NCBI GenBank assembly: GCA_963666545.1
Contig: OY762899.1
Location: forward strand, 3,288,365-3,352,364
DNA from: an uncultured Bacteroides sp.
GTDB lineage: Bacteria > Bacteroidota > Bacteroidia > Bacteroidales > Bacteroidaceae
DNA: 64,000 nucleotides
Direction of reading: 5' to 3'
Shown: positions 57,227-64,000 of the stretch, piece after piece
Layout: every line of letters starts with the position of its first letter
Position numbering within the stretch: the first letter of the stretch is position 1
Notes under the pieces: generated by a model
Seen by the model: the letters and a program-made list of their open reading frames with translations, nothing else
Told to the model about the DNA's origin: nothing
Databases searched by the model: none
Translations under genes and position numbers: made by a program

Positions 57227-59437
57227 TTATAAATTAGTAAGAAAGAACTCCGTCAACCTTGTGAACAGATGGAAGCGCGTATTGCCACCATAAATTCCAT
57301 GGTTACGGTTAGTATATACTTGCATGTCAAACTGTTTATCAGCTTGCACGAGACATTCGCTATATTCTGCGCAGTTTTGGAAATGCACGTTATCATCAGC
57401 CATGCCATGAACGAGCAATAATCGCCCGTTTAAATTGGCTGCACGTGTAAATGCCGATCCGGCTTTGTATCCTTCTGCGTTTTCTTGGGGAGTACGCATA
57501 AAACGCTCTCCGTAGATAGTATCGTAATATTTCCAGTCGGTTACTGCTGCTACTGCAGCTCCGGCTTTAAACACAGGCGTACCTTCACTCATGCTCATAA
57601 CGGTCATATATCCTCCGAAACTCCATCCCCAAATACCTATACGTGTTTTATCAACATAGGATTGTTCAGCCATGTATTTGGCTGTTTCAACTTGGTCTTG
57701 GGCTTCTTTTACTCCCAGATTCAGATAAGTACATTTCGCAAATTCGGCTCCACGTCCGCCTGTTCCGCGTCCGTCTACACAAATCACCAAATAACCTTTG
57801 CTAGCCATATAAGCATCCCAGCCTATTCCACCACGATCGCCTCCAATTCCCCATTTGTCTACTACTTCCTGACTACCCGGGCCACTGTATTGATACATTA
57901 GTACCGGATATTTCTTTGAAGCAGAAAAACCTGCCGGTTTTATCATCCAACCGTTGAGTTCTGTGCCTTGAGATGTTTTGAAGCGGAAGAACTCTTTCTG
58001 TGGGAGGTTGTACTCAGACAGTGTTGCTTTCAGTTTATCATTGGTTACCAGCGTTTTGAGCAGCTTTCCGTTGTTGTCATTTAGTGTAATGATTGTTGGT
58101 GTTTGTAAACTGGAGTAAGTGTTCATGTAATAGCGCATGGATGTACTGAAAATAGCAGCATTGGTTCCGGCCTTCTCTGATAATTTTGTCTTTGTCCCTT
58201 TTTTATCTATCTTGTAAACGGCTTGTCGCAGAGGACTTTCTTCGTTACTTTCGTAGTAAAAAGTATTGGATATAGAATCCCATCCGATAAATCGTTTCAC
58301 TTCGTAGTTTCCTTTTGTTACTTGTTTTACGAGATTTCCACCTATACTATACCAATAAAGATGTGCATAACCGTCTTTTTCACTGATAAAGCTAAAGTGC
58401 TCAGTATAAAACACGATATTGTCGAAAATGTTTTCGTTGATGTAATAGGGGCTTTCATCTCGCAAGATCAGTTTGCAGATTGTAGAGCGAGGATCACCAA
58501 AGTACATATCAAAGCGATTTTGATGGCGATTCAGTGTCATGATAGCCAATTTGTTCGTGTTTTTAGTAAAGCGTATGCGGGGGATATACCCGTCTGCATC
58601 TAGTGGCAACTTCATTTTTCGGGTTACTTTCGATTTAATGTCAAAGGTATGTACAGACACTTTAGAGTTTGTTTCTCCAGTTTTGGGATATTTGTAGATA
58701 TAAGCTCCGGGATAGTTTTCCAGTTCACTGTAGTGGGGTGCTTGTCCCGCAAAGAGAGGGAAGGAATAAGAAGGTACTTTACTTTCGTCAAAGCGGATGA
58801 AAGCCAGCATCGTGTTGTCAGGACTGAACTCTAATGCTTGTGAGAAGCTGAATTCTTCTTCATACACCCAGTCGGGTATTCCATTCAGCACTTCATTGGC
58901 CTTTCCGTCTTCCGTAACCTGAGATTCGCTGTTGCCATAGAGTATTTTCACTAAGAAAATATTGTTATCTCTTACAAAAGCGACCATGTTGCCATCGGGC
59001 GAGAAAACAGGAGCTTGTTGAGGCCCGCCGTCTGAAAGCTTTTCTACAAGATTCCTTTTAATGGTATACAAATAGTGTACAGCCGTGTATGAGTGACGAT
59101 AAATTGGTTGAGTTTCAGTACGAATCAAGAGTTTGCTTTCATCTGGTGAAAAGGTATACCCATCAATTTTTTTGAAGGTACACTCTCTGGCTTTTGTTAC
59201 ATCGAACAAAACTTCTACTTGCTGCCCTGTTTTAAACGAGTATTTCACAATTTGTGTTCCATCAGTGTTCATTTGGGTATAATGTTCACCATCAGCCATC
59301 GGAACAACACCCTGTATGCCTTCCGGACGAAATTTTCCCGATGTGATTTCTTTTAAATCGAGTGCCTTGCTTCCTTGTGCGAAAGTTACCATACCAAGCA
59401 AGCAAAAGAGAAGAGTTATACTTAGTCTTTTCATCAT
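57227..59437 (-). CDS. dipeptidyl-peptidase IV (S9B family serine peptidase)
   Basis: 736 aa with a signal peptide, a beta-propeller N-domain, the nucleophile motif GWSFGGY and C-terminal catalytic Asp/His regions (HGMADDNVHF, NHGI). Confidence 0.9.
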   Translation of the reverse strand: MMKRLSITLLFCLLGMVTFAQGSKALDLKEITSGKFRPEGIQGVVPMADGEHYTQMNTDGTQIVKYSFKTGQQVEVLFDVTKARECTFKKIDGYTFSPDESKLLIRTETQPIYRHSYTAVHYLYTIKRNLVEKLSDGGPQQAPVFSPDGNMVAFVRDNNIFLVKILYGNSESQVTEDGKANEVLNGIPDWVYEEEFSFSQALEFSPDNTMLAFIRFDESKVPSYSFPLFAGQAPHYSELENYPGAYIYKYPKTGETNSKVSVHTFDIKSKVTRKMKLPLDADGYIPRIRFTKNTNKLAIMTLNRHQNRFDMYFGDPRSTICKLILRDESPYYINENIFDNIVFYTEHFSFISEKDGYAHLYWYSIGGNLVKQVTKGNYEVKRFIGWDSISNTFYYESNEESPLRQAVYKIDKKGTKTKLSEKAGTNAAIFSTSMRYYMNTYSSLQTPTIITLNDNNGKLLKTLVTNDKLKATLSEYNLPQKEFFRFKTSQGTELNGWMIKPAGFSASKKYPVLMYQYSGPGSQEVVDKWGIGGDRGGIGWDAYMASKGYLVICVDGRGTGGRGAEFAKCTYLNLGVKEAQDQVETAKYMAEQSYVDKTRIGIWGWSFGGYMTVMSMSEGTPVFKAGAAVAAVTDWKYYDTIYGERFMRTPQENAEGYKAGSAFTRAANLNGRLLLVHGMADDNVHFQNCAEYSECLVQADKQFDMQVYTNRNHGIYGGNTRFHLFTRLTEFFLTNL

Positions 59438-59525
59438 TTTATAATTTTGATTTACGCTTTATCATGCAAAAATAGGAAAATGTAATAACTAAATTCGTAA
59501 ATTTGCCGCTAAATTAGTTAGAATA

Positions 59526-60452
59526 ATGAATCCAGTTCCTCTATATAGTGAATTTCCCGTATTTCTGAAGCGTTATTTTGTCGATAAGGTGCAAAAGATT
59601 TCGCTGAATGCCGGCTTTACTTGTCCCAATCGTGACGGTAGTAAAGGCAACGGTGGATGTACGTATTGCAACAATCAAACGTTCAATCCGGATTATTGCA
59701 AAACGGATAAGTCAATAACCATGCAGTTGGAAGAAGGGAAGCGCTTCTTTTCGTATAAATATCCTGAAATGAAGTATCTTGCCTATTTCCAGGCATATAC
59801 CAATACGTATTCCGAGCTTGCCGGGCTGAAGCGTAAGTATGAAGAAGCGCTGAGTGTAGAAGGTGTAGTTGGTTTGATCATCGGGACCCGTCCCGACTGC
59901 ATGCCCGACGAGTTGTTGCGCTACCTCGAAGATCTGAACAAGCACCACTTCTTGTTGGTTGAATATGGTATCGAAAGCACTAACGATGAAACTTTGAAGC
60001 GCATTAATCGCGGACACACTTATGCCGAGACGATAGATGCCGTGGAGCGTACAGCTGCTTGCGGGATACTTACGGGAGGTCATATTATACTTGGATTGCC
60101 GGGAGAAACACCTGAAGAGATTATTGCTCAGGCAGCTATTATCTCCCAATTGCCGCTCGATACATTGAAGATGCATCAGCTACAGTTGGTGCGTGGTACA
60201 CGCATGGCGTATGAATATGCTAAGCGTCCGGAAGATTTCCATTTGTTTGAGGTGGATGAATATATTGATTTGGTCATAGACTATATACAGCATCTTCGTT
60301 CGGATATTGTTCTTGAACGATTCATATCTCAATCTCCGAAGGAGTTATTGATTGCTCCTGATTGGGGGTTGAAAAACTATGAATTTACTGCTCGTTTGCA
60401 GAAAAGAATGAGAGAAAAAGGTGCTTATCAAGGCGAGTTGTATGTAGGTTAA
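59526..60452 (+). CDS. radical SAM protein, TIGR01212-like
   Basis: 308 aa. FTCPNRDGSKGNGGCTYCNN near the N-terminus. Family name from memory. Confidence 0.8.
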   Translation: MNPVPLYSEFPVFLKRYFVDKVQKISLNAGFTCPNRDGSKGNGGCTYCNNQTFNPDYCKTDKSITMQLEEGKRFFSYKYPEMKYLAYFQAYTNTYSELAGLKRKYEEALSVEGVVGLIIGTRPDCMPDELLRYLEDLNKHHFLLVEYGIESTNDETLKRINRGHTYAETIDAVERTAACGILTGGHIILGLPGETPEEIIAQAAIISQLPLDTLKMHQLQLVRGTRMAYEYAKRPEDFHLFEVDEYIDLVIDYIQHLRSDIVLERFISQSPKELLIAPDWGLKNYEFTARLQKRMREKGAYQGELYVG

Positions 60453-60481
60453 GAAAAAAAGGACTATTTTTGTTTTATAAA

Positions 60482-61687
60482 ATGAGAAGTATGGAAGAGA
60501 AGACAAAAATCAAAGGAAAAGTTCATTATGTAGGAGTGAATGATCGTACGAAACACCTTTTTGAAGGGCTATGGCCTTTGCCTTACGGGGTGTCGTATAA
60601 TTCTTATCTGATAGATGATGAAAAGGTAGCTTTGGTTGATACGGTTGATATTTGCTATTTTGAGGTGTTTCTTCATAAGATAAGGTCAGTTATAGGCGAT
60701 CGTCCTATTGATTATCTTATTATAAACCACATGGAGCCGGATCATTCGGGCTCTCTTGGTTTAATTAAACAGCATTATCCCAATATTATTATTGTGGGAA
60801 ACAAGCAAACCTTTGGCATGGTAGAGGGCTTTTACGGCATTACCGGAGAGCAATACCTCATCGCAAACGGTGATTCTCTGGATTTGGGATATCACAAACT
60901 TACTTTCTATCTAACCCCTATGGTGCATTGGCCGGAAACAATGATGACGTTTGATGAAACTGAAGGCATTATTTTCTCGGGCGATGGCTTCGGTGCTTTT
61001 GGTACACTTGATGGTGGTTTTATGGATACTCGTCTGAATACCGACATTTTTTGGCAAGAGATGATACGTTATTATTCCAATATTGTAGGTAAATATGGTT
61101 CGGCTGTGCAGAAAGCGCTTGAAAAATTAGCTCCGCTACGAATCACGACTATTTGCTCCACTCATGGACCTGTATGGATAGAACAGAAAGATCGGGTTAT
61201 GGACATTTATGACAGAATGAGCCGATACGAGGGTGAAGAGGGTGTGGTGATCGTTTACGGAACAATGTACGGCAACACAGAGCAGATGGCTGAAGCTATT
61301 GCGTTGGAGTTGTCTGTACAAGGAATAAAGAATATTGTGCTTCACAATGTGAATAAACGACATCCTTCTTATATCATAGCTGATATATTCAAATATAAAG
61401 GCCTTATTATTGGTAGTGCTACTTATTGCAATGAGCTCTATCCGGAAATAGAGTCGTTGCTTTCGAAGATATTAACCCGTGATATGAAGAATCGTTATCT
61501 GAGTTACTTTGGTTCTTTCTGTTGGTCGAGCGCGGCTTTGCGGCACATGACCACATTTGCAGAAAAAAGCAGATTCGAACTTGTGGGCATACCGGTTGAT
61601 ATGAAAATATCGATGAGTGACCAAACTTACGATGAGTGCGAAGCTCTTGGGCTAGCCATGGCGGAGCGCTTAAAGCAGGATCGATAA
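60482..61687 (+). CDS. flavodiiron protein (FprA/ROO-type: metallo-beta-lactamase + flavodoxin domains)
   Basis: Di-iron motif INHMEPDHSG and a C-terminal flavodoxin-like domain (VVIVYGTMYGNTEQMA). The ORF track start at 60470 is TTG; the first ATG is at 60482. Confidence 0.85.
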   Translation: MRSMEEKTKIKGKVHYVGVNDRTKHLFEGLWPLPYGVSYNSYLIDDEKVALVDTVDICYFEVFLHKIRSVIGDRPIDYLIINHMEPDHSGSLGLIKQHYPNIIIVGNKQTFGMVEGFYGITGEQYLIANGDSLDLGYHKLTFYLTPMVHWPETMMTFDETEGIIFSGDGFGAFGTLDGGFMDTRLNTDIFWQEMIRYYSNIVGKYGSAVQKALEKLAPLRITTICSTHGPVWIEQKDRVMDIYDRMSRYEGEEGVVIVYGTMYGNTEQMAEAIALELSVQGIKNIVLHNVNKRHPSYIIADIFKYKGLIIGSATYCNELYPEIESLLSKILTRDMKNRYLSYFGSFCWSSAALRHMTTFAEKSRFELVGIPVDMKISMSDQTYDECEALGLAMAERLKQDR

Positions 61688-61740
61688 CAAGTTACTAATA
61701 AAATTCCCCCAATTTATTAACATACTAAAAACAATCGAAC

Positions 61741-62553
61741 ATGAGACTTATTATTCAGCCCGATTATCAGGCTATCTCTAAGTGGGCAGCCAACTATGTT
61801 GCTGCTCGTATCCGTAAAGCTCAGCCCACGGCCGAAACACCTTTTGTGCTTGGACTGCCTACGGGCTCATCTCCGCTAGGCATGTATAAAGAATTAATCG
61901 ACCTAAATAAAAAAGGCCTAGTGTCGTTCAAGCATGTAGTTACCTTCAATATGGACGAATATGTCGGCTTGCCTCAATCGCATCCCGAAAGTTATTATTC
62001 GTTCATGTGGAACAACTTTTTCAGTCATGTAGATGTATTACCCGGTAATGTGAATATACTGAATGGTAATGCAGCTGACTTGGAGGCTGAATGTGCTGAT
62101 TATGAAGAAAAGATCGCCTCTTATGGCGGCATTGATTTATTCCTGGGTGGCATTGGTCCTGATGGACACATTGCGTTCAATGAACCGGGCTCTTCACTTT
62201 CTTCTCGTACGCGTGTCAAGACATTGACCACGGATACGATTATCGCCAACTCCCGTTTCTTCGATAACGATGTGGACAAGGTACCTAAAACATCTCTCAC
62301 TGTGGGTGTAGGCACTGTGCTTTCAGCCAAAGAAGTATTGATTATTGTGAATGGGCACAACAAAGCTCGTGCGCTTTATCATGCTGTTGAAGGAGCCATA
62401 TCACAGATGTGGACTATAAGTGCTTTGCAAATGCATCAAAAGGGAATCATCGTTTGTGATGATGTTGCTACTTTTGAGCTGAAGGTTGGCACGTATCGTT
62501 ATTTTAAAGATATTGAGGCTGATAATCTTGATCCGGCTTCATTGCTGAAGTAG
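61741..62553 (+). CDS. nagB: glucosamine-6-phosphate deaminase
   Basis: 270 aa. MRLIIQPDY..., LGLPTGSSP and [16 protein letters not shown] motifs. Confidence 0.93.
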   Translation: MRLIIQPDYQAISKWAANYVAARIRKAQPTAETPFVLGLPTGSSPLGMYKELIDLNKKGLVSFKHVVTFNMDEYVGLPQSHPESYYSFMWNNFFSHVDVLPGNVNILNGNAADLEAECADYEEKIASYGGIDLFLGGIGPDGHIAFNEPGSSLSSRTRVKTLTTDTIIANSRFFDNDVDKVPKTSLTVGVGTVLSAKEVLIIVNGHNKARALYHAVEGAISQMWTISALQMHQKGIIVCDDVATFELKVGTYRYFKDIEADNLDPASLLK

Positions 62554-62572
62554 TACACTTTCATATTATAAG

Positions 62573-62616
62573 GAAGCCCCGCTTTTAGAAGTTTTATTTT
62601 CTAAAAGCGGGGCTTC
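62573..62616. terminator. bidirectional terminator, perfect 18-bp stem
   Basis: GAAGCCCCGCTTTTAGAA pairs with TTCTAAAAGCGGGGCTTC across an 8-nt loop. It lies between the convergent genes nagB and tsaC. Confidence 0.8.
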
Positions 62617-62635
62617 TTTTCGGAAGGTATACTTG

Positions 62636-63250
62636 CTAAAAATCTTTTAGCTCTCCTTTGCCTTGACGGGTAATCTTAGCTTCATCATCCACGCAGTTTA
62701 CAATGGTAGAAGGTTCTATGCCACCAATGCCACCATCTATAACTAAGTCGACCATGCTACCAAATTTCTCATCTATCAGTTCGGGTGTAGTTAGATATTC
62801 TATGTCATCACCTTTATCATATGGAAGTGTTGTGGTCATTATAGGTGCATCTAGCAAACGGGCTATTTCACTGGTAATATGATTGTCGGGCATACGAATA
62901 CCCACTTCTTTACGATTCTTAAAGATTTTGGGTAGTTTGCTACCTGTACTCAATATAAAAGTAAACGCTCCCGGGAGATTGCGTTTCATCAGCTTAAAGG
63001 TATTATTATCTAGTTTGGCATATTCACTGACGCTACTCAGATCGTAACAAATGATTGAGAGATTGTTTTTTCGAGGGTCAATTTCTTTGATTCTGCAAAT
63101 ACGTTCAATAGCACGTTCTTTCAATCCATGGCAACCGATAGCGTACATCGTGTCCGTAGGATAGATGATGAGACCTCCATCGTTGAGTATGTCTACAACT
63201 TGCTGCAAATCTTGGAGGTTATTGTTCTTTTCATAAAGTTTCAGAAGCAT
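62636..63250 (-). CDS. tsaC: L-threonylcarbamoyladenylate synthase (YrdC/TsaC family)
   Basis: 204 aa YrdC-domain-like protein (IIYPTDTMYAIGC, PGAFTFIL, SGS..P region). Its ATG overlaps the upstream stop (TAATG). Confidence 0.82.
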   Translation of the reverse strand: MLLKLYEKNNNLQDLQQVVDILNDGGLIIYPTDTMYAIGCHGLKERAIERICRIKEIDPRKNNLSIICYDLSSVSEYAKLDNNTFKLMKRNLPGAFTFILSTGSKLPKIFKNRKEVGIRMPDNHITSEIARLLDAPIMTTTLPYDKGDDIEYLTTPELIDEKFGSMVDLVIDGGIGGIEPSTIVNCVDDEAKITRQGKGELKDF

Positions 63251-64000
63251 TATTTTATCTTTTTCTTGAGGAAATCCAGCACTTTTTCAGTGGCTTTCTC
63301 GGTTACTTTTTTCTTCAGCGAATCTGTATTGGCAGTTGTAGCCGAATCCAGCCCCAGTTTCTTTCCGATTGCTTTGACGGCTTCGCTTTTTGCTGATTCA
63401 GCAACTTGAGCGGCCATACTCTTGGTGTCAAGTGATACTTTGGGAGAAGTAAATGTTCCACCAATCTTCAAATCGACTGTTGACAGCTGAGTAAGTTTGC
63501 CTGCGGAAGCGGGGATTTTTACCTTGCCCGAATAGTCAATGGTCTGGTCTAATCCGGTAGTACCGGAGAGGTTCATGTTATATTCACCCATTTTGATATC
63601 GAATGGCTTGGTAGCTACACGCCCGTCTTTGATCGTAAAGTCGATTGTTAAATCTTTCACTTTCATCTCCTTTAGCGAAGGTTTTTTTAATGCACTCGCA
63701 ATCAGATCGATCGTCTTGACACCACTTAAGTTTAGATCTTTTGTTGACAGAGTACCTTCGCCTTGCATGGTGTTCAGTACGGGGCTCATTGTTTCATCCA
63801 GATCGGTAAGAATGCTCATGTTGCCTGAGAAAGTTCCCTTCAGATTCTCAAAGACAGGAGCCATTTTTTGCACCATATCAAGCTCCTTATAGGCTTTAGC
63901 AAAGTTGATGTTGCCCATTCGGAAAGCGCCACTCATCTTGGGCTTTTTCACGTCTTGTGAAGAGTAGTAGCCATTCATTACTACGGTGCCACCCATGGTG
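63250..64000 (-). CDS. AsmA-family protein, C-terminal part (5' end outside the window)
   Basis: The open frame runs to the window edge. The Lys/Thr-rich beta-rich tail (DLKIGGTFTSPKVSLD) resembles an AsmA C-terminus as I recall it. Confidence 0.5.
   Translation of the reverse strand, partial: TMGGTVVMNGYYSSQDVKKPKMSGAFRMGNINFAKAYKELDMVQKMAPVFENLKGTFSGNMSILTDLDETMSPVLNTMQGEGTLSTKDLNLSGVKTIDLIASALKKPSLKEMKVKDLTIDFTIKDGRVATKPFDIKMGEYNMNLSGTTGLDQTIDYSGKVKIPASAGKLTQLSTVDLKIGGTFTSPKVSLDTKSMAAQVAESAKSEAVKAIGKKLGLDSATTANTDSLKKKVTEKATEKVLDFLKKKIK

Noticed and set aside
57485-60176. ORFs 57485-57901, 58223-58603, 58649-58834 (plus strand) and 59712-60176 (minus strand).
   Set aside because: They are antisense to the DPP-IV and radical SAM genes, which have clear catalytic motifs.
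1-64000. Search for CRISPR arrays, rRNA, tRNA, tmRNA/SRP/RNase P-like sequences and known riboswitch cores in the intergenic regions.
   Set aside because: I found no regularly spaced direct repeats with unique spacers, no cloverleaf-compatible segments, and no conserved RNA cores that I could recognise by eye. A proper Rfam/tRNAscan run would be needed to exclude them.

Overview
This 64 kb window looks like a Bacteroides-type (Bacteroidota) chromosome segment. Three things support that: many TAnnTTTG -7 promoter boxes sit 20-60 nt upstream of start codons, there are SusC/SusD pairs with a hybrid two-component regulator, and lipoprotein signal peptides are common. All family names come from motifs I read in the supplied translations or translated by hand. 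No database search was run.

Layout:
- 1-13.1 kb, housekeeping genes: nuoA/B/CD, trkH/trkA, dxs, a GSCFA protein, a MurF-Alr fusion, tatA/tatC.
- 13.1-17.5 kb: an AraC/GyrI-like regulator and a 1148-aa PD-(D/E)XK nuclease + SF1 helicase fusion.
- 17.9-52.4 kb, a pectin/hexuronate utilisation super-locus: ExuT-like MFS, GH105, CE8, KdgF-like cupin, CE12-CE8 fusion, two SusC/SusD pairs, a DUF5123-like beta-helix lipoprotein, one HTCS regulator, an alpha/beta-hydrolase, GH43, a DUF4861-like protein and GH28.
- The locus is interrupted by a ~0.9 kb IS, a decayed group II intron reverse-transcriptase relic, and a GC-rich two-gene module (DUF1349-like secreted protein + LuxR-type regulator).
- 52.5-64 kb, housekeeping genes: fabI, a gldB-like gene, a TP-methylase, lipA, DPP-IV, a radical SAM gene, a flavodiiron gene, nagB, tsaC and an AsmA-like partial gene.

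I recognised no rRNA, tRNA or CRISPR array.

The most interesting items are:
- the nuclease-helicase fusion;
- the GC-rich DUF1349/LuxR module with a perfectly palindromic shared promoter box;
- orphan promoter/terminator units (candidate sRNAs) in two intergenic regions, one carrying a 22-bp phased AT-rich repeat;
- a membrane-anchored degenerate Nudix-like protein.

None of these is proven to be a new system from sequence alone.
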